Assembly: GCA_021825655.1 (NCBI GenBank)
Contig: JAKAGU010000003.1
Coordinates: forward strand, 12,014-76,013
DNA from: a bacterium
Lineage (GTDB): Bacteria; Patescibacteriota; Doudnabacteria; UBA920
Reading direction: 5' to 3'
DNA: 64,000 bases
Shown here: positions 1 to 11,805 of the stretch, piece after piece
How the letters are laid out: each line of letters begins with the position of its first letter
Numbering within the stretch: position 1 is the first letter of the stretch
Made by a program: the position numbers and the translations under genes
The notes under the pieces: model-generated
The model's database searches: none
What the model was told of the DNA's origin: nothing
What the model saw: the letters and a program-made list of their open reading frames with translations, nothing else

Positions 1-2792
1 AAAAAAAACTGGCCAAGCCGGAAGAAATTTTAGCCCTGACGTTTACGGAAAAGGCAGCGGGCGAAATGCAGGAAAGAGCCGATTTGCTTTTGCCATTGGG
101 CCACTACGACATGTGGATTTCAACTTTCCACAGTTTTTGCGAGCGCCTGTTAAAACTCCATGCGCTGGATATCGGCCTGCCCAACGATTTTAAACTGCTG
201 GACGAAACTGCGGCATGGATTCTGGTTTACAGGAATTTCGAGCGCTTTCAGCTGGATTATTACCGCCCTTTAGGCAACCCGGCCAAATTTATCGGGGCTT
301 TGCTGACTCATTTTTCCAAGTGCAAGGATGAAATGATTTCACCGGAAGAGTACCTGGCCCACACTCAGGATTTAAGACTGCAGCAGGACCAGCCAAAACA
401 AACCCAAAAGAAAAAGCAGGAGGAAACAGGCGTCGATGAAACCGAAATTTCCCGCATTGAAGAAATCGCCAACGCCTACCACGCCTACGAACAGCTGCTG
501 CTGGAAAACAACTTCCTGGATTTTGGGGACCTGATTAACTACTGCCTGCAGCTTTTGCAAAAGCGCCCGAAAATTTTGGACTACTACCGCAATAAGTTCA
601 AATTCCTCATGGTGGACGAATTCCAGGACACCAACTATGCCCAATACCAGCTTGTCAGGCTGCTGGCCGGTGGAAAACAAAATTTGGCCGTAGTTGGGGA
701 TGACGACCAGTCCATTTACAAATTTCGCGGAGCCAGCGTTTCCAATATCCTCAAATTTAAAAAAGACTATCCCAAACTTAAACAAATTACCCTGGTTGAA
801 AATTACCGCAGCAGCCAGAACATTCTGGATTTAGCCTACACATTCATCCAAGCCAACAATCCTGACCGTCTGGAGGTCAATTTAGGCATTAACAAGCGCC
901 TCCAGGCCAAAGGCCCGGCAGGCGAGGGCGTTATCCAGGTAGTGGAAGGTGCGGACCTAAGCGGCGAACTGAATGCGGTGGCCAAAAAAATCCTGGAAAG
1001 AAAAATTAGCCGCAACCTGTCGTGGAACGACATTGCGGTGCTCATCCGCTCCAACTCCGCGGCGGATGCCTTGCTGCCTGTTCTGGCCAGCCACGCTATC
1101 CCGTTTACCTTTGTCGCAAACAAAGGCCTATATAAAAAACCTATTGTGCTGGATATTTTGTCCTACCTAAAATTTCTTGACAATGCCAATGATTCAAGCT
1201 CCCTCTACCGGGTTCTTTCTCTGCCCAAGTTCCACTTAAGCCACCCGGAACTTTCTGACTTACTGCTCCGGTCCAAGAAAAAAACCGAAAGCTTTTATGA
1301 AAGCCTGGCGCAGGCTGCGCTTATGCCCGAAATTTCTTCTGAATCCAAAAAACGCATTGGCGAGCTGCTTGACTTGTCCAAAAAGCACCACGCCATGCTT
1401 AAAACCCATTCGGCTGCGGAATTGCTGGTTGATGTCATAAAAGACCTCGGCTTTGAAGAAAAGCTCAGGGAAGACACCCTGGAAAACGCCCAAAGCCGCG
1501 AACTGCTGGAACAATTTTACAAAAAAATAGAAGATTTTCAGGAAAAAGAAAACGACCACTCTTTGCATAACTTCCTTTCCCTGCTTGAACTGGAACAGGA
1601 GGCCGGAGACGAAGGGGTTGTTCCGTTTGATCCCAACCAGGGACCGGAGAGCGTGAAGGTTCTGACAATCCATGCGGCCAAGGGCTTGGAATTTGAAACG
1701 GTCTTTCTTATCAACCTGGTTGACCAGCGCTTCCCCACACGCGAAAAAGGCGACCCCATAGAAATCCCCGGCGCACTGGTTAAGGACATTCTGCCCGAGG
1801 GTGAGTTCCACTTACAGGAAGAACGCCGCTTGTTTTACGTCGGCCTGACCCGGGCCAAGACCGAGCTTTACCTAACTTGGGCCAAAGACTATGGCGGTCA
1901 GCGCGCCAAAAAACCTTCTCAATTTTTGGTGGAAACCGGGCTGGTGCCAAGCGAAAAAGTCAGCAAAGCTACCGGCAAGGTCGTGTTTACGAAAAACGAA
2001 AAACTGCCCGTGGTTTACCGGCGCCTGCCGGAGCAATTCTCCTATTCCCAGCTCAACGATTTTGAAGCCTGCCCGCTGAAATACAAATACCAGCACTACT
2101 TAAAACTCCCGGTACCCGGCAGCCAGTACCTGAGTTTCGGGCAAACAATACACAAAGTTCTGGAAGAGTACCTCAAACTCTATAAGGCTTCGCTGGAAAT
2201 CAAGCAGATGGACTTGTTCGGCAAAGGAAAAGACGGCCCTATCCAACTGCCTGAATTCCCGGTGCTAGAAAAATTTTACGAGAAATTCTGGATTGATGAC
2301 TGGTACGGTAGCAAACAGCAAAAGCAGCGCTATAAGGCTGAAGGGCATAAAATCCTCAAAACTTTTTTCGAAGAAGCCGCTAAGCAGCCATTCTCGCCAA
2401 AATACATCGAACAGTTTTTCAAGCTTAAGCTTGGCAAATACGATTTTGTTGGCAAGATTGACCGTGCTGACCAGGCGGGAGAGGGTGTTTTAATCCTGGA
2501 CTACAAAACAGGCAAGGTTCCCAAGAGCAAAAAAGACCTGGACCAGCTGTATATTTACCAGTGGGCGGCGCAGGAATTTCTGCAAGAAAAAGTGGTAGGG
2601 CTAAAATACTGGTATTTGCAGGAAAATGCTTTTGTGGAAGAAGAGCTCGCCTTGCCAGAGGAAATCGAGGAGCTAAAGGCCCGGTTATTGGCATTGATAG
2701 AAAAAATCGTGTATGTTACGCGCCACGACCTTTTTAAACAGGAACACCAAAAGCTGAGGGACCACAATTGCCAATTTGAATCTTTGGAGTAA
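1..2792 (+). CDS. UvrD/PcrA-type SF1A helicase with C-terminal PD-(D/E)XK nuclease (AdnB/RecB-like); 5' end lies outside the window
   Basis: The frame is open from the window start (KKLAKPEEILALTFTEKAAGEM, motif Ia). Helicase motifs are VDEFQD, VGDDDQSIYKFRG, ENYRS, TIHAAKGLEF and EERRLFYVGLTRA. The C-terminus carries SYSQL..F..CP and GKIDRAD...LDYKTG. Confidence 0.92.
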   Translation, partial: KKLAKPEEILALTFTEKAAGEMQERADLLLPLGHYDMWISTFHSFCERLLKLHALDIGLPNDFKLLDETAAWILVYRNFERFQLDYYRPLGNPAKFIGALLTHFSKCKDEMISPEEYLAHTQDLRLQQDQPKQTQKKKQEETGVDETEISRIEEIANAYHAYEQLLLENNFLDFGDLINYCLQLLQKRPKILDYYRNKFKFLMVDEFQDTNYAQYQLVRLLAGGKQNLAVVGDDDQSIYKFRGASVSNILKFKKDYPKLKQITLVENYRSSQNILDLAYTFIQANNPDRLEVNLGINKRLQAKGPAGEGVIQVVEGADLSGELNAVAKKILERKISRNLSWNDIAVLIRSNSAADALLPVLASHAIPFTFVANKGLYKKPIVLDILSYLKFLDNANDSSSLYRVLSLPKFHLSHPELSDLLLRSKKKTESFYESLAQAALMPEISSESKKRIGELLDLSKKHHAMLKTHSAAELLVDVIKDLGFEEKLREDTLENAQSRELLEQFYKKIEDFQEKENDHSLHNFLSLLELEQEAGDEGVVPFDPNQGPESVKVLTIHAAKGLEFETVFLINLVDQRFPTREKGDPIEIPGALVKDILPEGEFHLQEERRLFYVGLTRAKTELYLTWAKDYGGQRAKKPSQFLVETGLVPSEKVSKATGKVVFTKNEKLPVVYRRLPEQFSYSQLNDFEACPLKYKYQHYLKLPVPGSQYLSFGQTIHKVLEEYLKLYKASLEIKQMDLFGKGKDGPIQLPEFPVLEKFYEKFWIDDWYGSKQQKQRYKAEGHKILKTFFEEAAKQPFSPKYIEQFFKLKLGKYDFVGKIDRADQAGEGVLILDYKTGKVPKSKKDLDQLYIYQWAAQEFLQEKVVGLKYWYLQENAFVEEELALPEEIEELKARLLALIEKIVYVTRHDLFKQEHQKLRDHNCQFESLE

Positions 2793-2816
2793 TATCAAAA
2801 TTGTGTTATAATTTAA

Positions 2817-3191
2817 ATGTTTCAAAATAACAAACAACAAATTTACGCCATTGCCGGCGCCACTCTGCTTTCCGCTTTTTCGCTGGGCGCAGTGCTAATG
2901 TTTACGGATCCCGGCCAGGCTTCAGCAAGCACTTTTGGCTTTTTTTACCTTAGTGTTTTCCTTTTTGCTTTTGGCACCTTCACTTTGCTGGGCTTAAGCC
3001 TGAGGCGCTGGCTTGCTCCGAAAATGTTTGTCTTAAATTTCTATACCAGCCTGAGGCAGGCGCTGCTGGTCGCCCTCTTGCTGGTTGCAAGCCTCCTGCT
3101 ATTAGGCCAACGGCTGCTCTTCTGGTGGGTTGAATTAAGCCTTGTTCTCCTTTTGCTCTGCATTGAATTTTTCCTTAGCCTCAAATCCTAA
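2817..3191 (+). CDS. hypothetical membrane protein (about 4 TM)
   Basis: Hydrophobic 124-aa ORF with TGnTATAAT just upstream. Confidence 0.75.
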   Translation: MFQNNKQQIYAIAGATLLSAFSLGAVLMFTDPGQASASTFGFFYLSVFLFAFGTFTLLGLSLRRWLAPKMFVLNFYTSLRQALLVALLLVASLLLLGQRLLFWWVELSLVLLLLCIEFFLSLKS

Positions 3192-3217
3192 CTTAGCCTA
3201 TCAACAAAAAACAAAAT

Positions 3218-4759
3218 ATGGACCCAGAAAAAAATCCACCCCAAACCCAGGAAGACGTGCTGCGGGCGGCGAGCGCAACCCCCGCTGCCAAAAACCTGCA
3301 CGAAGATGAACCGCAGGTTTATAATGTCATGCCGCGGCTATTACACAAAAACAACGTATCCCAGCCCGTCATGGAAGTGGTGGACAACTCTCCAAACTCC
3401 ATCGACGGCCTGCAGTCGGCCTCGCCGGCCGGGGGCGTAAATTTTATAAAAATCCTGAAAATAGCCATACTAACAGTGGCTGTTCTCGGTCTCGGCTATG
3501 CCGGCTACCGTTTCGGGCCCAAATACTACAAACAATTTTTTCTGGCCAGCAAGACTGCGGCTCCGGCTCCGGCCCAGACTGCCGACCAATCCACCCAAAG
3601 CACTCAGGACCAAGTTCAGGCCACCTCTTCCCCTGACCAAAACGCAAACAATTCTGCCTTGCCCTCGGATTGGCTCAAAAAATATTTTGGGGTGGATGTT
3701 TGCGATAAGCCCACGGAATGCGGGCCCGACGCCGATCCGGACCTGGACGGCCTTACCAATCTTGAAGAATATCAGCAGGGGACCGACCCAAACAACGCAG
3801 ACTCCGATGGCGACGGCCTGTCCGATGGCGACGAAGTCCATGTATTTTTGTCAAATCCTTTAAAAAAATACTCGAACAACGATCCCAAATACACGGATGC
3901 GGACTATTTTAAGGGCGGCTATGATTTAACCACAACCCAACTAATGACACCTGATCGGCTTCTGGAAATTAAAACCCGGATGTCGGACAAAGGCTTGCAT
4001 CCGCCTACAATCGCCACTTTAGGGGACGCTCTGCAAAAAATTTATAACTTCGGCAGCCCCCTGGACACTTCGGGCCAGCAGGCCTCAAGCACCCCCAGTT
4101 CCACCCCTGACCAGGCTTTGGACGGTTTTGAAGTGACACCCGCAGCCCAGCAGGATCGCGACGCCCAGCGCACCACCACCATAAAAAATATCGGCATCGG
4201 TTTGATTAAATACTACGATAACAACAAAAGCTACCCCAACACCACTGACTTTAAGGAAATGTACGACGCAATCCGAGTCTTCATGAAAGTGGCCACCAAT
4301 CCGCAAGACCCGGTTAATAAGGCTCCCTACGTTTACACTTATGCGCCAAGTGCGGCCGGAGACGATTTTACACTGGCCTATTACAGCGAGGTTGTCCGGC
4401 AGACAATAAAAAAACACGCGGCAGACGCACAAAAAGACAAAGCCACCGAAGAGGCTGCTATTTACGACGACCAAAGGATCAACGACTTAAAGCGCCTCCA
4501 AACCGCGCTTTTGCTTTACTCTTCCAAACAGGCAGCCGGCAACCAGGATAATGTTTTTCCTTCGGCGGAAAAATACAAGACCGAACTCTTGGTCAGCGGC
4601 GACATTACCGACATACCCACAGATCCCAAAACACACAACGACTACGAATATAAGGTAAACGACACCTTTAACACTTTCACCTTAAAAGCCGTACTCGACA
4701 ATCCGCCAACGGGCTCCACCGGCTACCTGTGCAACCAGCTCAACTGCGATTATTACTAA
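3218..4759 (+). CDS. membrane-anchored surface protein with Ca-binding DxDxDG repeats and two tandem pilin/GspG-like head domains
   Basis: One TM segment (ILKIAILTVAVLGLGYAGY); DPDLDGL and DSDGDGLSDGDE repeats; RDAQR...YYDNNKSYP...PQDP and DDQRINDLKRLQTALLLY...FP...PTDP units. Confidence 0.7.
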   Translation: MDPEKNPPQTQEDVLRAASATPAAKNLHEDEPQVYNVMPRLLHKNNVSQPVMEVVDNSPNSIDGLQSASPAGGVNFIKILKIAILTVAVLGLGYAGYRFGPKYYKQFFLASKTAAPAPAQTADQSTQSTQDQVQATSSPDQNANNSALPSDWLKKYFGVDVCDKPTECGPDADPDLDGLTNLEEYQQGTDPNNADSDGDGLSDGDEVHVFLSNPLKKYSNNDPKYTDADYFKGGYDLTTTQLMTPDRLLEIKTRMSDKGLHPPTIATLGDALQKIYNFGSPLDTSGQQASSTPSSTPDQALDGFEVTPAAQQDRDAQRTTTIKNIGIGLIKYYDNNKSYPNTTDFKEMYDAIRVFMKVATNPQDPVNKAPYVYTYAPSAAGDDFTLAYYSEVVRQTIKKHAADAQKDKATEEAAIYDDQRINDLKRLQTALLLYSSKQAAGNQDNVFPSAEKYKTELLVSGDITDIPTDPKTHNDYEYKVNDTFNTFTLKAVLDNPPTGSTGYLCNQLNCDYY

Positions 4760-4769
4760 TTCTAAGCAA

Positions 4770-5198
4770 ATGACCTTCAACCTTTCCTGGCTAAGGAGGC
4801 TTTTTAAGCCGTCCGCAGCAGCTCAAACAGATTATTCCAACATTATTTGCGCCCGCGTGGTGCAGGCGGACAAACACCCGAACGCTGATCGGCTGCGCGT
4901 GGTAACCGTCGATATCGGCAGCCAAACTATTGCTCCGGTGGTTTGCGGGGCTTTCAATTTTGGACCCGGCGACTTTGTGGTTCTGGCCTTGCCGGGCGCG
5001 AAAATTGCCCAAAACATCCATTCCCAAACCCACGAGCCGTTTATACTGCAAAAAGCCAAAATTCGCGGCATCGAGAGCCAAGGCATGATTTGCGCCGGTT
5101 TTGAACTCGGTTTATCCCAAACACCCGAACCGGGCATACTTCTACTTGGCAAAAACGTGAAGCCGGGTAGCCAATTTTCACCTGAAATGATAAAATAA
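4770..5198 (+). CDS. stand-alone tRNA-binding OB-fold protein (PheT B2/YtpR/EMAP-like)
   Basis: Motifs HPNADRL, VVCGAFN, LALPGA and IRGIESQGMIC. Confidence 0.85.
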   Translation: MTFNLSWLRRLFKPSAAAQTDYSNIICARVVQADKHPNADRLRVVTVDIGSQTIAPVVCGAFNFGPGDFVVLALPGAKIAQNIHSQTHEPFILQKAKIRGIESQGMICAGFELGLSQTPEPGILLLGKNVKPGSQFSPEMIK

Positions 5199-5228
5199 CG
5201 CCATTAAAGACTAAATTCGGGCTAACAT

Positions 5229-6368
5229 ATGAGTAATATTGTCATTGATACCACGGAAGAAAAGCGCCTTAAACAGGAGCTGGAAAAAAGGACTGATTTT
5301 GAGGCGCAGAGAATTAGGCGATACCTGAGCATGCCGGATCTTTCAAGAACGCCGGGCAGCCCCATTGCGGAAATTGTCAAAAGAATACTTGCCAGCGCCT
5401 ATTTTAAAGACCTGGACACTATCCAAACACCGGAGATTGTCCCGGCAGACATTAGTTTCGATTTATTTGATTTTCCCGCTGATCATCCGGCAAGGAGCAA
5501 ATCCGATACCTACTACGTGGACGACAGTAATATTTTGCGCACCCACACTACCATTATGTGGTATTACTATCTGAAGGATGAGGGCGTCAAAGCACGGATT
5601 GCGGAAAATAAGCCTGTGGGCTGTTTCAGTTTTGGCAAAGTTTACCGCAAGGACGAAATCGACCGCAAGCACATGAACGTCTTCCACCAAATCGACGGCT
5701 GGTACCTGGCCCCCAAGTCGCAAAAAACCATTACCCAGACCGATCTGGAAGAAGCTTTGGGTAACATTGCCAAAGCCGTATTCGGTGAAAATGCCAAATA
5801 CCGCCTCAACAAAGACACTTTCCCGTACACAGACCCGTCCCTGGAGATGGAAGTCGACATAAACGGCAGCTGGGTTGAAGTCGTGGGCTGCGGCGTAGTC
5901 AAAGGCAGTGTCCTGGACAAACTGGGTATTGATTCCAAAAACTACACCGGCTGGGCCTTTGGCTTCGGCTTGGAACGTTTGGCAATCACCAGCATGGAGC
6001 TGCCCGACATCCGCCTGTTGTGGTCAAATGACGAGCGCGTAAAAAAACAGCTGAACCTTGGGCAAAAATTTGTTGAAGTAAGCAAATACCCGCCCATTAC
6101 CCGCGACATTTCTTTTGTTGTCAGCAGCGATTTTGTCCCCAATAACTACTTTGACCTGATCCGTGAAATTGGCGGTGACCTGGTAGAACAGGTGGAGCTG
6201 CTGGACAAGTATGAAAACAAAGAAAAATTCGGCGAGGGCAGGACCAGCTACACTTATCGCGTAATCTACAGGAGCCCTGACCGAACGCTTAAAACCGAGG
6301 AAGTGGAGCCTCTGCAGGCCCGGCTTTACGAAGAAACCAAAAAGCAATACAACGCGGAGTTAAGATAA
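5229..6368 (+). CDS. pheS: single-chain (mitochondrial-type) phenylalanyl-tRNA synthetase: alpha catalytic domain fused to FDX-ACB anticodon-binding domain
   Basis: Catalytic motifs DHPARS..DTYY, LRTHT, VYRKDEID..H..VFHQ, FPYTDPSLE and GWAFGFGLERL, followed by SKYPPITRDISF...SYTYRVIYRSPDRTL (B8/FDX-ACB). Confidence 0.9.
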   Translation: MSNIVIDTTEEKRLKQELEKRTDFEAQRIRRYLSMPDLSRTPGSPIAEIVKRILASAYFKDLDTIQTPEIVPADISFDLFDFPADHPARSKSDTYYVDDSNILRTHTTIMWYYYLKDEGVKARIAENKPVGCFSFGKVYRKDEIDRKHMNVFHQIDGWYLAPKSQKTITQTDLEEALGNIAKAVFGENAKYRLNKDTFPYTDPSLEMEVDINGSWVEVVGCGVVKGSVLDKLGIDSKNYTGWAFGFGLERLAITSMELPDIRLLWSNDERVKKQLNLGQKFVEVSKYPPITRDISFVVSSDFVPNNYFDLIREIGGDLVEQVELLDKYENKEKFGEGRTSYTYRVIYRSPDRTLKTEEVEPLQARLYEETKKQYNAELR

Positions 6369-6527
6369 TAAAAACTCTTTTAAATAAGCCTTAAATTTGA
6401 CTTATTTTTAGCGTTACACTCCTGGAATTTTATACTAAATTGTGTTAAAATTAAGGCAGGAATCGGCAAGCGGCCCAGGAGTCTGGATTAAGACAAAAAC
6501 GCCCCGGAATTCCTGTTTTATTTTTAG

Positions 6528-8597
<2,070 letters not shown>

Positions 8598-8694
8598 AAA
8601 ATATCCGGGTTTTTAGACACAAGAGCAGGGCTTTGACATAAAGTTTAAAAAAGCGTAGAATACAGCCTAAGCCTCATAAAATAACGGCATAAAA

Positions 8695-9156
8695 ATGTCT
8701 AAAAAATATTTACTGACCCCCGAGGGTTTGGAAAAACTTAACCAGGAGTTAAAGACGCTGGTCAATGACAAACGAAAAGAAGTCATTGAGCGCATTCGCG
8801 AAGCCGCGGCGCACGGCGACCTAAGCGAGAACGCCGATTACGCCCAGGCGCGCGAAGAACAGAGCTTTATCGAAGGCCGCATCCAGGAAATCGAAGACAT
8901 AATCAAGAACGCGGAGATTATCAGCACCGGCAGCCACCGCAATAACGTCTCAGTGGGTTCGACTATTGTGGTAAAAATTAACGGCCAGGAGAGAAAGTAC
9001 ACCATTGTGGGCTCCAACGAAGCCAACCCCAAAGAAGGCAAAATCTCCAATGAATCCCTGGTGGGTAAATCCCTGCTTGGTAAAAAAACTGGAGAAAAGT
9101 TCCAGATAAGCGCCCCGGCCGGAGAAATGAACTACGAAATCATCAGCATTGAATAA
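8695..9156 (+). CDS. greA: transcription elongation factor GreA
   Basis: HGDLSENADY and ISNESLVGKSLLGK. Confidence 0.96.
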   Translation: MSKKYLLTPEGLEKLNQELKTLVNDKRKEVIERIREAAAHGDLSENADYAQAREEQSFIEGRIQEIEDIIKNAEIISTGSHRNNVSVGSTIVVKINGQERKYTIVGSNEANPKEGKISNESLVGKSLLGKKTGEKFQISAPAGEMNYEIISIE

Positions 9157-9165
9157 GTGTTAGGA

Positions 9166-9198
9166 AAAAAACCGCCTTTGTAAAAATAGGCGGTTTTT
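9166..9198 (+). terminator. intrinsic terminator after greA
   Basis: AAAAACCGCCT / AGGCGGTTTTT hairpin with U-tract. Confidence 0.75.
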
Positions 9199-9242
9199 GT
9201 TATAATAAATGAGTATTTCCATGATTTTTAACGTTTCGATTC

Positions 9243-10703
9243 ATGAGCGAAAGACTTGAAGACATCATCAATGCGCGCAAAAATAAGCTCGAGGCCCTAA
9301 AACAGGCGGGCGTTGACCCGTATCCTTCTGCCTGCGAACGCACTCACACCAATCAAGCGGCCCTGGATTCCTTCGAATCTTTGCAAAATCAGGAAATTAC
9401 CCTGGTCGGGCGGCTAAAGAGTTTCCGGGACATGGGCAAACTCATTTTTGCCCACATGGAAGACGGGACTGCCAAAATTCAGGTGTTATTCAAGTCCGAC
9501 AACTTAGGTGCGGAGGCGTTTAAATCGCTTTTAGATTACGCCGATATCGGCGACTTTATCCAGGTTAGCGGCACGCTTTTTTTGACCAAGACCCAGGAAA
9601 AAACTTTGCAGGCAACGGGCTACAAGCTCTTGGCCAAAAGCCTGTTACCCTTGCCTAGCGAGCACTACGGCCTGCAAGACGAGGAAACACGCTTGCGTCA
9701 GCGATATTTGGATATACTACTTAACCCCGAAACCAAGAAACTGTTCGAAAAAAAGAATTTATTTTGGTCAAAGATGCGGGAATTCCTGGTTAAGAAAGGT
9801 TTCCTAGAGTTGGAAATGCCTATCCTGGAGGCAATTCCAGGCGGAGCCGAAGCGGAGCCATTCGTGACTCACCACAACGCCCTGGATCGTGATTTTTATT
9901 TGCGTATCAGCCTGGAATTGCCTTTGAAAAAAATGCTTGTGGCGGGCTATGAAAAAGTTTTCGAGATTGGCCGGATTTTCCGCAACGAAGGCATTGACAC
10001 CGAACACTTACAGGACTATACGCAGATGGAATTTTACTGGGCCTACAGCGATTTTGAAAAACTTATGGACTTCCTCCAGGAAATGTACCAATACGTTATC
10101 CAGGAAACTTTTGGCACGCTGACTATTGCCAGCCGGGGTATCACCTGCGACTGGAGCGGGGAATGGGAAAAAGTCAGCTACATCAAGCTCTTTCAGGAAC
10201 ACACGGGCATTGACCTGAAACTGGCCAATGATGCCGATTTAAAAAAATATTTGGACGAAAAAAATATTAAATACGAGCCTGCCGCGCACCGCGCCAAGTT
10301 GATTGACACCATCTTTAAAACGGTCAGGTCTGCCATCCCGTCGGGTAAGCCTGTGTTCCTGGTCGACCAGCCGGTCGAACTGGAGCCTTTGGCCAAAAAA
10401 GACCCTAGCGACCCCAAGCTGGTACAGCGTTTGCAGATTGTCGCCTATGGCACAGAGCTGGGCAAGGGGTTTGGCGAACTCAATGACCCCACAGACCAGC
10501 GCGCCCGCTTTGAAGAACAGATGCAACGGCGTGAAGCAGGGGACAAGGAAGCCCAATTTATAGACTTCGATTACCTGGAAGCTATGGAATACGGCATGCC
10601 GCCGGCTGCAGGCTTCGGGGTTTCGCAGCGCTTGTTCGCCTTTTTGACTGACCGGCCCATTAGGGAAACCGTGATTTTCCCACCCATGAAAAAGCAAAAA
10701 TAG
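9243..10703 (+). CDS. lysS: lysyl-tRNA synthetase (class II)
   Basis: RLRQRYLD, GGAEAEPFVTHHNAL, LRISLEL, FRNEG, ELNDP, YGMPPAAG. Confidence 0.96.
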   Translation: MSERLEDIINARKNKLEALKQAGVDPYPSACERTHTNQAALDSFESLQNQEITLVGRLKSFRDMGKLIFAHMEDGTAKIQVLFKSDNLGAEAFKSLLDYADIGDFIQVSGTLFLTKTQEKTLQATGYKLLAKSLLPLPSEHYGLQDEETRLRQRYLDILLNPETKKLFEKKNLFWSKMREFLVKKGFLELEMPILEAIPGGAEAEPFVTHHNALDRDFYLRISLELPLKKMLVAGYEKVFEIGRIFRNEGIDTEHLQDYTQMEFYWAYSDFEKLMDFLQEMYQYVIQETFGTLTIASRGITCDWSGEWEKVSYIKLFQEHTGIDLKLANDADLKKYLDEKNIKYEPAAHRAKLIDTIFKTVRSAIPSGKPVFLVDQPVELEPLAKKDPSDPKLVQRLQIVAYGTELGKGFGELNDPTDQRARFEEQMQRREAGDKEAQFIDFDYLEAMEYGMPPAAGFGVSQRLFAFLTDRPIRETVIFPPMKKQK

Positions 10704-10704
10704 C

Positions 10705-11301
10705 ATGAAGCTGCTGATTGCAACATTCAATCAAGGCAAACTGGAGGACTATCAGTCTTTTTGCAAGGATTGGGGGCTGACGGCTGTTAATTTAAGAGAT
10801 GTCGGCATTACCGAAGAGTTCGAGGAAATACACGACACTTTTGAAGCTAATGCCAAAGCCAAAGCGGAGTTCTACGGCCGGCTTAGCGGCTTGCCCACGC
10901 TGGCGGACGACAGCGGCATCGAAATTCCATTTTATAACATGGAACCGGGCGTAAAGACCAAACGCTGGGCCGGCCCCGGAATACAGGGCAAAGATTATTT
11001 TCGCTTTATCATCGAAAAAATAAAGGGCATACCACCAAAACAGAGACACGGACAAATGCGGGCCGTACTGGCACTCTATATAAACGGCCAGACGCATCTG
11101 GCTGAAGGGAAAATTATTGGCACCTTTACGGACCAGGTATACACGGAATCCTTCACTCCCGATTATCCCTGGGACTCGATATTTATACTGGGCGCCAACG
11201 GAAAATACTACGAGGCGCTCACTCCGGAAGAAAATCTAGAGTACAACCACAGGCGCGTAGCCTTTGAACAATTCAAGCCCCTGCTTATCCATGAAAACTG
11301 A
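10705..11301 (+). CDS. rdgB: non-canonical purine NTP pyrophosphatase (RdgB/HAM1 family)
   Basis: ATFNQGK, TFEANA.AKA, ADDSG, PGV, NHR. Confidence 0.85.
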   Translation: MKLLIATFNQGKLEDYQSFCKDWGLTAVNLRDVGITEEFEEIHDTFEANAKAKAEFYGRLSGLPTLADDSGIEIPFYNMEPGVKTKRWAGPGIQGKDYFRFIIEKIKGIPPKQRHGQMRAVLALYINGQTHLAEGKIIGTFTDQVYTESFTPDYPWDSIFILGANGKYYEALTPEENLEYNHRRVAFEQFKPLLIHEN

Positions 11302-11366
11302 ACTTTCACCGGAAGAAATTATCAATCGTTTCTCCAGCCCAGGGCTGGAATATTTTGCTTATTTTT

Positions 11367-11795
11367 ATGAATAAAGGCCCAATCCCCATTGCAGTAGCCG
11401 CAATCCGGGACAAACAAGGCCGGCTGCTTTTAGCCAAAAGGCGGGATAAAAAATTCAAAGAAGCAAACGGCCTTTGGGAACTGCCTGGCGGACATGTGGA
11501 ATTCAAAGAAGATGCAGCCAAGGCAGTGGTGAGGGAATGCCTGGAAGAAACCGGGCTTAAAGTCAAGATTCTCCGTTTGCTGCCCAAGCTTTACAATAAT
11601 TTTTGGCGCGACGCGAAAGGGGATCACTACCACACCATACTTGTTGCTTATGAATGTCTTGCTGTCGGCGGAAAACTTCACGACAGCAAACACGACTACA
11701 AAATCAGCGACCTGCGCTGGGTCTGGCCTGACGAAATCATTAAATATAAACTGTTGCCAAAGACAAAAGAAATTGTGGCTCTACTTAACACTTAA
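11367..11795 (+). CDS. NUDIX hydrolase
   Basis: Nudix box PGGHVEFKEDAAKAVVRECLEETG; ATG at 11367 preferred. Confidence 0.88.
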   Translation: MNKGPIPIAVAAIRDKQGRLLLAKRRDKKFKEANGLWELPGGHVEFKEDAAKAVVRECLEETGLKVKILRLLPKLYNNFWRDAKGDHYHTILVAYECLAVGGKLHDSKHDYKISDLRWVWPDEIIKYKLLPKTKEIVALLNT

Positions 11796-11805
11796 CAAGA
11801 CTTCC

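Noticed and set aside
11641-11805. Extended N-terminus of serS (similarly pyrH 14016, rpsB 44589, NUDIX 55663, exonuclease 63431)
   Set aside because: These extensions overlap upstream genes or leaders; family-typical starts lie downstream.
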